A DNA stretch of 64,000 bases from Hyaloraphidium curvatum SAG 235-1. Taxonomy: Eukaryota > Fungi > Monoblepharomycota. The first letter of the stretch is position 1. Every line of letters starts with the position of its first letter. The DNA lies in NCBI GenBank assembly GCA_025558095.1, contig JAIVFI010000039.1:124001-188000 (forward strand), written 5' to 3'. Below, in pieces: positions 1 through 10,453 of the stretch. The notes under the pieces were generated by a model that saw only the letters and a program-made list of their open reading frames with translations, was not told the origin of the DNA and did not search any database. A program made the position numbers and the translations under genes.

Positions 1-116
1 GTGACACTTTTCCGGCTTGCCTCCCCGCGCCGCACCCCAGCAAATCCCCTGCCGGCCCTCTCCGCCGGCCTTTCTCGAGCGTTCTCTTTCCCTTTCCTCC
101 GTTCCCGCAGGCAGCC

Positions 117-1436
117 ATGTCGCGCCTCCTCACCCTCGCGGTGCTCGCGCTCCCCATCGCGTACCTCGCGCAGCCGGGCGCCCTCAGCTCCATTAAGCCC
201 TTCCTCCGCCCCGCCCTGTCGCTGCTGCCCTTCTGGCACGGCATGCCGTTCGACCCCGCCGAGGTCGGTCGGCACGAGGACCTGCTTGCCGGGGAGCCGT
301 TCGGCACCGAAGGGTGCGAGATGCGGTTCAAGGGCGTCGCGGACGCGTGCGAGGACGGGCAGGTGCACTACCCCTCGCACACGGCCATCTGGGCGTGCGG
401 CACGATATACGGGAGGCAGCACTTCTGGCCGCCCTTCAGGCTGTACAACCGGACCTCGGGGAGGCAGCAGGACTACGTGGTCACGTACAACATGGAGACG
501 AACAAGGTCCAGCGGCTCAAGACTCCCGGGTACAACGGGGAGCTCAACTTCCACGGGATGGGCATCTGGTATGCCCCGGACAAGCAGAACGAGGTCTACA
601 TCTTCCTGGTCAACCACAAGTCGGAGCCCCAGTCGTGCATCACCATCTTCAAGCACACCATCGGCACGGACAGCATGGAATTCTTCCACGAGAACTGCGA
701 CCCGCTGATTGTGTCGCCCAACGACGTGGCTCCCACCGGTCCCAAGAGCTTCTACATGGTTGGTTCCGTTGCTGGCCCGGCGCCATCAGGGCTGAGCATC
801 TCCGGTCCCTGCGCCAAACAGGCCAACGCGCACCGGTTCAACGACCACGGCCGCGGGGGCCTCCAAGGTTTCCTCGCCCGCATCGAGAACGAGCTCGGCC
901 AGTGGCAGTGGACCAACGTCATCTATTGCGACGGCACCAACCCCTGCCGCAAGGTCGCCGGCAACCACGTCGGCGCCAACGGCGTGCTCCTGGTCGGGGA
1001 CCTTCTCTACGTCGACGACTGGCAGGGCGCCTTCGTCGCGGTCTACAAACGCGAGAAGGACGACTCGCTCACGTTCCTGGAAAAGATTCCCCTGGGAAGC
1101 CCGATCGACAACCTCTCGTACGACCCCAAGGCCGACGCATTCCTCGGCGCCACGTTCCCCTCGGTTCCCCGCGCCACGGCGCACCTGTGGGCTCCCCGCG
1201 ACCACGTGCTGGTCCCCTTCACCATCACCCGGATCAAGCGGGCGGCGGACCCCGCGCCCGGAAAGACCAAGCACGAGGCCACCATCATCATGTACTCCGA
1301 CAAGATGACGGGATCCGTGTCGACGGCGCTGTCGGACGCGAGCATCGGCAAGTCGGTTGTGGGCGGGATCGTGAACGAGGGTCTGCTGGTGTGCGACAGG
1401 GCCCTGGCCGAGGACGTGAGTGCTTCGATGCCGTGA
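117..1436 (+). CDS. Paraoxonase/arylesterase-like six-bladed beta-propeller (lactonase), probably secreted or signal-anchored
   Basis: Hydrophobic N-terminus; motifs ACED, FHGMG, LVNH, SPNDVA, GANG and IDNL. Removing the in-frame intron 759-821 (GTTGGT...ACAG) restores FYMANAH, which matches the PON 'FYxTNDH' segment. Confidence 0.75.
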   Translation: MSRLLTLAVLALPIAYLAQPGALSSIKPFLRPALSLLPFWHGMPFDPAEVGRHEDLLAGEPFGTEGCEMRFKGVADACEDGQVHYPSHTAIWACGTIYGRQHFWPPFRLYNRTSGRQQDYVVTYNMETNKVQRLKTPGYNGELNFHGMGIWYAPDKQNEVYIFLVNHKSEPQSCITIFKHTIGTDSMEFFHENCDPLIVSPNDVAPTGPKSFYMVGSVAGPAPSGLSISGPCAKQANAHRFNDHGRGGLQGFLARIENELGQWQWTNVIYCDGTNPCRKVAGNHVGANGVLLVGDLLYVDDWQGAFVAVYKREKDDSLTFLEKIPLGSPIDNLSYDPKADAFLGATFPSVPRATAHLWAPRDHVLVPFTITRIKRAADPAPGKTKHEATIIMYSDKMTGSVSTALSDASIGKSVVGGIVNEGLLVCDRALAEDVSASMP

Positions 1437-1896
1437 GCTTGAGGGATGCGATGGGCTGACTCAGTTGCGGCCGGCAGGTGAACGGGATCCCGGCGTAACA
1501 GGGCGGACGAGGGAGGCGGGTTTCGGGACAGTTTTGGGACTGCGGACCGATGAGTGGAGCCGGAACAAATGAAAAATGGCAGGATGTATCGCGCGCGAAG
1601 AAGAATCGTTGCCTTGAGCATGCAGCCTAGCCCTCCGCGTGAGGACCTATCCGTGTTGGCGCTCGCGCCAGTCAGAGACCCACGGTCGTGCGCGCCACCT
1701 CGCATTGCGTTGTTCCCAACACCCCGGCATACCAACGGGCCCGCGATTGCACTTGTGCGATCGACGGAGAGTTCGGATAGAAGGTGTAGGGACTGAGGGC
1801 ACATCGCTCTTGGCCGGGACTCCAAGGTGGGCGAATGTAGCCGCGCAAAAGCCTTGATTCAAGAATCCTTGAGTACTGGTGGTGGCCGAAAATGTT

Positions 1897-2544
1897 CTAA
1901 AGGAATTCATCGTCGTAGAAGCTCCAGACCGCCACCGCCGTCCACGCGACCGCCGCGAGCACGATCTCGACCGCGTACGCGACCAGCGCCCTCCCGACCG
2001 CCGCATCGTTGCCCTGCAGCGCGAACCAGAACATGCAGCTGGGGATGATGGTGAAGGCCCACTTGAAGAGCGCGTTGCCGTTCATCACCGCTAGGGCGGT
2101 GCAGACTGGTTCGCGGGACACGTCAGCGATCGCCTGTGCGCGGCCCTGGGTGTTGCGCTCACGGGAGGTCCACGCGACGCTGACAAAGTCGTGCTCCGCA
2201 AAGACCTGGTTCCGGGCGGCGAATTCCTGCCCGAGGATGTCGCCCCATGCCAGCACCCTGCCCCCGGCAGCCAGCCTGTGAAGCTCCTCCGGTCGGGGCA
2301 GCGGCGCCCGCCCCGCGAGCACCGCGCGCCCGGCCTCCGTGGCCTGCAGCGCTTCTCGGGGTACGTAGCGGATGACGAGGCGGAAGGGGGCGAGGCGCAT
2401 GCCGGTGCGGGCGGCGACGGCGCGGTAGACGTTCAGGCCGAGTGAGAGCGCGAGGGGGCGCTTTCGGGAGGAGGCGGGGCGGGAGAGCGGGAGGGCGGGC
2501 GAGACGGGGACGGCTGGCTGGGCGGAATCGCGGCGGGCGGCCAT
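1897..2544 (-). CDS. Hypothetical protein with two C-terminal hydrophobic helices
   Basis: ATG at 2544 (MAARRDS), coding-like codon usage, C-terminal segments LFKWAFTIIPSCMFWFAL and LVAYAVEIVLAAVAWTAVAVW. No family recognised. Confidence 0.45.
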   Translation of the reverse strand: MAARRDSAQPAVPVSPALPLSRPASSRKRPLALSLGLNVYRAVAARTGMRLAPFRLVIRYVPREALQATEAGRAVLAGRAPLPRPEELHRLAAGGRVLAWGDILGQEFAARNQVFAEHDFVSVAWTSRERNTQGRAQAIADVSREPVCTALAVMNGNALFKWAFTIIPSCMFWFALQGNDAAVGRALVAYAVEIVLAAVAWTAVAVWSFYDDEFL

Positions 2545-2747
2545 CGTTGGGCTTCGTGGGGAACGCGGCACTGGGTTCCTCGCGGTGCGACGCGTCATCA
2601 TGGCACCTGCTTCTGGCATGACTCTGGCATCACTGGAGCGGAAACCATGTAACAAACTGTGCACAGATGCCACTCTGCGGGTCTCCTGGCAACGACGAAA
2701 GACAGATAAGACGGCACCAACACCTCATGATCCCGCATCCTCGGCGC

Positions 2748-3646
2748 CTAGACCGTGCTCCACCCGTTGTCGCACGGTATCACGGCCCCGCTCACGTTCC
2801 CCGAATCGTCGCTCAGCAGGTACGCCACCAGCGCCGCCACCTCCTCCGGTTCCGCCAGCCTCCCGGCAGTCGCCTGCAGCACGGGCCCCAGCGCCTCCCC
2901 CGCGTGCTTGGACAGGAACGGCGCCTCGATGTTGGTCTTGACGCCCCCCGGCGCGACGGCGTTGCACCGGATCCCCTGCGCGCGGTAGAAGAAAGCTGTA
3001 TTCTTGGTGATGCCGTTGATGGCGTGCTTGGAAGCGGTGTAGGCGATGCCGGCGCAGGTCTTGATGGAGGCTTCGGAGGAGACGTTGACGATGCTTCCGC
3101 GGCCGGCGGAGATCATCCCCGGAAGCACGGCGCGGATGAAGCGCATGGGCTGCATGCCAATGACGGCCGCGGGAATCGACCAGGACGGTTAGCTTTTGAG
3201 CCGGGAGCCGGTCTCCCTGCGTAGGAAACCCACCGCCGTCACGTTCACCGCCATGACGCGCTCCCATGTCTTGTCGTCCACCTCCGCCGGCGGCAGGAAC
3301 CCGTCCATGATCCCCGCATTGTTCAGCAGCCCGTCCACCGGCCCCCCCGCGGCCTCGAGCACCCTCCTCACGGTCGCGTCCGCGGTCACGTCACCGACCA
3401 CCGTGTCCAGCTTCAAGGAGGGCTCAGACGCGCGCAGCTGGCCCAATCTGTCCTCAGAGACGTCGGTGGCGACCACGCGGGCGCCTTCGCGCGCGAGGCG
3501 GAGGGCGGAGGCGCGTCCGATGCCGCTGCGCGTGTGGGAGACATTGGGGACGTGGGAGCGCGTCTGAAGGCTGGGCCGCACCTGCCGGCCCCGGTGACGA
3601 TGCAGAGCTTGCCTGCGAAGCGCCCCGGAACGAGGGAGGACGACAT
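2748..3646 (-). CDS. Short-chain dehydrogenase/reductase (classical SDR), 3 exons
   Basis: TGAG|SGIG glycine motif split by an intron; NNAG, VNVSS, YTASK and NAVAPG motifs; second intron between VTA and PMRF. Confidence 0.9.
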
Positions 3647-3799
3647 CGCCTCCTGAAGATGACTCGGCCGTCGATCGTGATCGCGAGCGGCGGTTGGCTG
3701 GCGCGGGGTTGGGGATGAGCCTTCCACGGTTCCACGGCCCGGAACGCGCGGGATAGGGCCACGCCTGAGCTACGGACGGGTGCCAAGCACAGTGCGGCC

Positions 3800-5414
3800 A
3801 TGGCGGCCATGGAGCCGGCCTTCACGGACGCCGAGCTGCTCGCGCTCTTTCCCCAACCGCCCGGCTCCCCGCAGCCGCTCGCCGCCCGTCTCGCCCGCAC
3901 CGGCTGGGACCCCGAGGCCGCTGCTCTGCCGCTCGACCCGGTTTCCCCCGCGGTGCGGGCCGCAAACCCGCTGACCCCCGAGGAAATGATCCGCAGCCTG
4001 TCCCAAGCCAGCCCGGCGCTGGCCGGCCTCGTGCGGTACCAGCGGTCGCTGGCGTGGTTCGGGCGGCGGTACGACCTCGTGCGGCTGGGGTACTATGCCG
4101 TGTCGTTCGGCACGGCAATCTCGGGGGCGTGGGCGTACAACGACGGGCGGTTTACGGACGCGGCGCTGGGTGCGGCGACGGCGGCCCTCGTCATGAGCGG
4201 CGTGTTCCAGGTCGTCCCGTACGCGATAAGGAGGACGAGCACCGGGGGCGTCGCAAGGACGCTCGGGGTGCCCTTCTTCGCCAAGCCGAAGCCGGCCGAG
4301 TCGGGCAAGGAAAAGGACGAACAGGCCACGGCGCCGCGCCCGCCGGACTGGAGCCAGCACAACTGGTCAGGGCTCGTGAGGTGGCTGCAGCTCGTGGAGC
4401 GCGAGGGCAGCTCGTCGCCCATCCTCGCGCACGAACCGGACGACCCGCTGTGCCCGTGCCCCCTGCCCTCCTGTGCCGAAGGTACCGCGGCAGCCGTGCT
4501 CCGGTTCCGCATCCTGCACTACGCCATCCTCTTCCCCACCTTTTGCCTGGGACTCATGTTCTTCCCCTCCTGAACCGGCATGGTCACGTTCGGGGCGCGC
4601 TTCTGGGCCGCGCCGTGGAGCTGCGCCCTCGGCGTGCTCGCGGTCCTGGGCGTCTTCGCGTACTTCCTCACCGTGCCCTTCGTCCGCATCTCGGCCAGCT
4701 ACCCCTTGCTGCAGCTGGGCAACCGCATCCAGGCGCGGGCCATGTCGATGGCGCTCTGCTCCCTTTTGCGCGACCTGGACGGAGGCCATGGCGCTTCCGG
4801 AGCCGCCGATGACAAGACCAGCGAGCCGCAGCCCTACGAGCGACTGCACACTGCTCTCGCAGTAGCATGGCAGAGCCGGATCCCCATGTTCGCGACCAAC
4901 TCGGTCATCGCGACCATGCTTGCCGGCACGGTCTTTGTCTGCATCCCGATCAATGTGGTCGGTGTTCCGCCCCCGCACTCCCCACGCCCGCTGACGACCT
5001 TCTCGCCACCGGACTCAGATCGCCGGCGCATGCGTTCCGCTCTACATCCTCATGCAGATCCTCTTCCTCCTCTACGTCTTCCTCGTGGATCTCGTGAACG
5101 TCTCGGTGTGCAACGCCCAGATCGACACCGTCGCCTCCCTTTACCAGGAAGCCCGAACCGAGCTCCGCCGCGCCGCGCTGCGCCCCGGCCTGTCCTCGGA
5201 GCTCGTCGCGCGGATGCGGGGGCACGATGCGGTGCTGGAGGTGTTCATCGCCGCGGCGGGGGCGTCCAGGGCGAGGTTCCTGGGGTTCGTGGTGACGTTT
5301 GCCGCGGTGAGGAGCGTCGTTATCACTGGTTTCACCGTGGCCGTCGGCCTGTGGACGATATTCAGGTCGGCGGGGTACTTTGTGACGCTGGAGATGGCGT
5401 GCCCGTCGAGGTGA
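3800..5414 (+). pseudogene. 7TM receptor-like family copy 1 (7TMIC/GR-like candidate), with one in-frame TGA at 4571-4573 and an intron at 4958-5018
   Basis: ORFs 3800-4573, 4580- and 5052-5414 join into one ~515 aa protein colinear with the paralog at 10454. Shared motifs: LALFP, NDGRF, HxxxDPLCPCPLPxCA, PYxxLH, GxCVP, DLVN, RFLGF, TLxxxCP. Confidence 0.75.
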
Positions 5415-5958
5415 GCCCGCCGGTGGGGGAATAGACGATGGACGGCGGTCAGGACGCGGCGAGAACATTACTCCATATTCTATTCCTTGCTTTTGGACGT
5501 TTTGCCGGGGCTTTTGCCGGCCCTGGACCTCGTCCCAGAGGGTGGACTGGGATGCGGCGCAGTGGAGCGAGTGCCCCAAGGAGAGCGGCGCGCCGCTGCC
5601 CCTGAAGCTCGGCATCACGAGGGCCGCCACGGAGCGCAGCAAGGCGCAATCGCCCTACGTTGCCGTCGCGATCGAGACCGCCGATAAATTCGGACTGGAT
5701 CGCATGGCGCTGCCGACCAAGGACGGGATCTTGGTGCCGATGGGGTACGTCCCGAGCCTCGATCTGGGCTACTAGACCGCGATCGGGATGGGATGGCATA
5801 TAGCCCACCCAGCGGGCAAGCAGATGAAAAGATTGAAAGACGAGGTCGTGGGGAGAGACGGCGAATGAGTAGAGGTTTTCCCGGCGCCCGCCAGTCAGCC
5901 GCCGGTTCCCTTGACTTCTCTTGCCACCGAATCCGCAGCGCCACCCTCTCCCACGCAG

Positions 5959-8137
5959 ATGGCGGCCCGGCCCGAGTCCCCGCCCGGCGAGACGGGCTCG
6001 GACACGTCCGGCGAGGCGAGCACCGCGGTGCCCGACGGCGCCCCGCCCGCGGAGCTCGATGCGGCGCAGGACCCCGCGGCGGCCGACGTCTCCAAAACGG
6101 ACTCGAAGGACGGCTTCGCGGGTGACGCCCCGCCGGCCGACTCCAAAACGGACACGAGGAGCGCCGTCCCGGCCTCCGCCATTTCCGTCGACGCCAAAAC
6201 GGACGCCGCAGACCTGAAGAAGGACGCGCTCGCGGGCGACGGCGTCGAGGACGACCCGCACGCCGTCGTCCCCGCCCCCGACTCCCCCGCCGAGCCGGCG
6301 GAACCCTACACCACGACCCAGAAGCTGCTGGCCATCATCGCCCTCGCGATGGGCATGGTCCTCTTCACCATCGACATGACGCTCATCACCACGGCGCTGC
6401 CGACGATAGCGCGGGAGCTGGACGCCGCCGAGTCCTACCAATGGGTCGGCACGTCGTACCTGCTCACGTCGACGGCACTGGCGCCGCTGTGGGGCAAGCT
6501 CAGCGACGTCTTTGGCCGCAAGCAGCTCATGATCTTCAACTGCCTGCTGTTCACCCTCGTCTCGATCCCCTGCGCCCTCGCGCCAAACATCATCGTGCTC
6601 ATTGTTGCGAGGGCTCTGCAAGGCGTCGGCGGCGGTGGGATGCAGAGCATCGTCTTTGTCATCCTGACCGAGATCGTGACCATGCGGGAGCGCGGCAAGT
6701 ACCAGGGATTCATGATGTCGCTCAGCGGCATCTCGGCCGTCGTCGGGCCCCTGCTCGGGGGCGTGCTGACGCAGTACCTTTCGTGGAGGTGGTGCTTCTG
6801 GATCAACCGTGGGTTTCTGCTCGGCACCGCCGGCCGCCGCCGCTGACCTCCTTCCCAGTCCCCTTCGGCACCCTCGCCCTCCTGGGCTACTGGTTCTACA
6901 TCAAGGACCTTTCAAAGAAGTCCTCGATGCGGGAGAAGCTCTCCCGGATCGACTACCTCGGCTCCGTGCTCTGCATCACCGGCGTCACCCTCGTCCTGCT
7001 CGGGTTCACCTGGTCCGAGGGCGGCTGGACCACGGGGCAGTGTCTAGGGCCGATGCTCTCGGGGTTCGCGGTGCTGGCGCTGTTCGTGGCCTGGGAGGGG
7101 TACGGCGCCAAGGAGCCGAGCCTCCCGCTGATCCTGTTCCGCTCGTGGAACTTCACGTGGTGCATCGCGGCCACGTTCTGCCTGGGATGGGTGCTCCTGT
7201 CGCAGAACTACTTCCTCCGTACGTCGTCCGCTTCCCCCTCCACGGTTGCGGTTCTCACCCACCACCCCTGCCCGCAGCCTTCTACTTCCAGCTCGTCCGC
7301 GGGGCGACGCCCACCTCCTCGGGCCTGATGATGATCCCCCAGATCGTCTCGTGGCTCGTGGGCGCCATCATGATCGGCATCATCTCCTCCAAGACCGGGC
7401 GCTACGTTGAGTTCCCCAAGGTCGGGTACGTCCTCATGGCCGGCGGCATCGGCGCCATGGCGGCCTGGACGGCCGACTCGCACTGGGCCTTCGTGTACTG
7501 CATCGAGGTCGTGGTCGGTGGGTCCGTCCCCCTTGCCCGCGCGGGCGTGCAGCGCTGACGGCGCGACCAGGATTCGGCCTCGCCCTGTCGATCACCATGC
7601 TCACCGTCATCGTGCAAGCCGCCGTCGACCCCCGCGACATCGGCCCCGGCACCACCTTTGCCACCTTTGCGAGGTCGATCGCCGGGACCATCTCCATCGC
7701 CGTCTCATCCGCCATCCTCGGCAGCGTCACCTCGTCCACCTACGCGGGCCAGGTCCCCGTGCTGCAGTCGCAGTACGGCATCCCCCCGAGCGTGTCGTCG
7801 GCCTACATCTCCAGCTTCACGAGCGGCAGCCCCGCTCCGGCGGATCTGACGTCGGACCAGGCGGCCGCGCTGCACGGGGCGACGGTGGCGTCGTTCCAGC
7901 GCGGGATACAGATGGTGTTTGCGGCGCTGGTGCCGTTCGCGGTGGTGGGGTGGGTGGCGACCATGTTCCTCAAGGTGCGTTGTTCCGCGTCGGATGCGGT
8001 TCCGACGGGGCTGACGGGTCGGTCGGCAGCACATCCCGCTGGCGACAAAGGCCATGGGCAACGAGTCGAGGAAGGCGGGGGACAAGTCGGGGTACGGCAA
8101 GGAGGAGAAGATGGGCGGCCACTTGGAGATGGCATGA
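5959..8137 (+). CDS. MFS drug:H+ antiporter (DHA2, 14-TM type), about 5 exons
   Basis: Motifs DMTLITTALPTI, WVGTSYLL, WGKLSDVFGRK, RALQGVGGGG, GPLLGG and WRWCFWIN. Introns near 6809-6858, 7219-7277, 7518-7571 and 7975-8029. Start codon uncertain. Confidence 0.9.
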
Positions 8138-8192
8138 CGTCGAGGATCCTTTCTTGGGTGCGAGTGGAATAGACATACATCGCCGCGTCGGA

Positions 8193-9083
8193 CTAGAGCC
8201 TCACGCCCGCGGCGGCCAGCCCGGGCACCTCGGCCGCAAAATGCTCCGCCAGCTCCACGTAGGTCTCCCAGTACTCCACCCTCGCCCTTATCGGCATTCC
8301 CGCCTCGGCGGCCCTCGCTATCCTCCTCTCCAGGGCGAACCCGCGCCGCGCGAGGACCACGTCCGACGGGAGCAGCCGCGCAGATGGGCAGTAATCGTTC
8401 CCCCCGTCCCCAACGTACACCGCGCGCGCGTAAGTCCTCGGCGGCGCGGGTTCGGGAACGGGCGTGCCCGGCTCGACGCCGTACAAGAGCCGGTCCGCCT
8501 CCTCGCCCTTGCACAGGTTCTCGGGGCACCCGTTGGCGCACCTCTCGTGCCGCTTCCCGGCCGCGGGGTCGGCGTTCGTGCGGCGTTTGCGGATGCGGAG
8601 GCGGCCGAGGTGGTCCACGTGCGACGGGTTGGTCACGACGCCGGCGAAGCACGCCGAGAGCGGGGGGGTCTGCGCGTCGAGGATGGCGGAGATGTAGGCG
8701 TCGTTGGCGTCCGAGAGGATCACGGCGTCGGCGTGCGGGAGCGCGCCGAGCTGCCGCAGCAGACTGTCCATGGTCGCGTCGAACTCGGCCCGGGCGACGG
8801 CGGCGAGCACCTCGGGGGCGCCGACGCGGAGATGGTCCTGCGCCCTGACGAGCATCTCGTCCATGAGCTCTGTCCACTGGCGGCCCTCGCCGCGGACCAG
8901 CGCGGCGGCGGTGGAATTGTACTCTGGCAGGCCGAGCTGCACGAATATCTCGCGGTCCGAGTCGACGGGGAGGATCGTCTGGTCGAAGTCGAACATGACG
9001 AGCGTGCGGCCGGCTGCCCGCTCGGCCCGCCCGGAATCGCGGTCCGCGGCGTGCGAGCGCGTTAAGGAGCTCGGATCGGCCAT
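8193..9083 (-). CDS. PHOSPHO1/2-like HAD phosphatase (pyridoxal-phosphate/phosphoethanolamine phosphatase family)
   Basis: HAD motifs FDFDQTI, ILSDAN, CPENLCKG and YVGDGGNDYCP. Confidence 0.9.
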   Translation of the reverse strand: MADPSSLTRSHAADRDSGRAERAAGRTLVMFDFDQTILPVDSDREIFVQLGLPEYNSTAAALVRGEGRQWTELMDEMLVRAQDHLRVGAPEVLAAVARAEFDATMDSLLRQLGALPHADAVILSDANDAYISAILDAQTPPLSACFAGVVTNPSHVDHLGRLRIRKRRTNADPAAGKRHERCANGCPENLCKGEEADRLLYGVEPGTPVPEPAPPRTYARAVYVGDGGNDYCPSARLLPSDVVLARRGFALERRIARAAEAGMPIRARVEYWETYVELAEHFAAEVPGLAAAGVRL

Positions 9084-9334
9084 CGTTTCCGGGGATTCGA
9101 GGGAAAAGGCGCGACGCGTCGGCGGTGCGGCGGTGCCTGGCGTGGCGCGGCGTCCCCCACCGCCCGGCAGCAAGATTCTCCGTGTCGCCGTCCAGGCAAA
9201 GCAGCCCTCCGCCCGCCGCGCCCCGCCGTTCCCTCCCCTCTCCGCGCTTAATTGCGTCACGCCCCGCCCGAACCCGCCCGGCCGCCCTCCCCCGCGCCCG
9301 TAGTCCTCCCGAATCCCACCCAACCCCCGAAACA

Positions 9335-10250
9335 ATGTCCAAGGCCAAGGTCTGGGACGAGGTCCTCTACGACGTCAGCGAGCACATCGCCACCATCACC
9401 CTCAATGCCCCCGAGCGCATGAACACCATCTCTGGGCCCATGCTGAACAAGCTCGCGGAGCTGATGCTGCAGGCCGACCGCGACCCCGAAGGTGGGCTGC
9501 ACCCCTTCGCGGACGACCGGACACCTCTCACCGAGTCTGTTAGTCCGCTGCATCGTGCTGACCGCCCGCGGCCGTGCCTTCTGCGCCGGCCTGGACCTCC
9601 GCGGCGCGCGCGAGGGCAACACCGGCCTGCAGGGCGCCTCCACCTCGACCGACATCGACGTGCGCTCCACGCCCCCCACGGTGATCTACAACCTCGGCAC
9701 GCCGACCATCTGCGCCATCAACGGCTCCGCCGCCGGCTACGGGATGGACACCGCCCTGGTCTGCGACATCCGCGTGATGGCCAAGGGCGCCAAGCTCGCC
9801 GCGGCATTCACCAAGCGCGGCGTGCTCCCCGAGTCGGGCGGCACGTGGCTGCTCCCCCGCATGATCGGCTGGTCGCGCGCGGCCGAGGTGATCTTCACCG
9901 GGCGCACGCTGTCGGCGGACGAGTGCCTCGCGCTCGGCCTGGTCTCGCACGTGGTGCCGGACGACCAGGTGCAGCAGGCCGCGAGGGCGCTGGCCAAGGA
10001 GATCGCGAGCAACGCGCCGCTGGCGGTGCAGGCGAGCAAGCGGATGATGAGGATGGGGATGAGCGAGACGTTCAACGACCACGTGCACCACGTGTTCCTC
10101 CAGGTGCGGCGGACGGCGGTTGTTGGTGCTTCTTCGGCTGACTCGCGGGTTCCGTGGCGACAGCTCCTGCCGCTGCTGCGGTCTGAAGATTCGATGGAGG
10201 GCATGAAGGCGTTCCTCGAGAAGCGGCAGGCGGCCTTCAAGGGCCGCTAG
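9335..10250 (+). CDS. Enoyl-CoA hydratase/isomerase (crotonase) family, 3 exons
   Basis: Motifs ITLNAPERMN, RAFCAGLDL, PTICAINGSAAGYG, PESGG and C-terminal EGMKAFLEKRQAAFKGR. Introns about 9492-9543 and 10104-10163. Confidence 0.9.
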
Positions 10251-10453
10251 GCGGATGGCCCCCGCGCAAAGCATATAAAGGCGTATCTGAATCAATGAAC
10301 GGTTGTTGCGCCGGAATGGCTTGGATCCAGAATCGGTTGTGTGCGGAGGTTCTGCGCAGAAACGTCGAGGCAAACGTCCCCCCGCCTGCCCTCTCCCGCT
10401 GGCCCGGCCACAGTCGGCATTCTTTGCGAAACGCCCCCTCCTCATCGTAGACA

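Noticed and set aside
4571-4573. TGA as selenocysteine or a genome-wide TGA=Trp code
   Set aside because: The aligned residue is Trp, not Cys, and no SECIS is evident. TGA ends many genes at their expected C-termini, and TGG is used normally.
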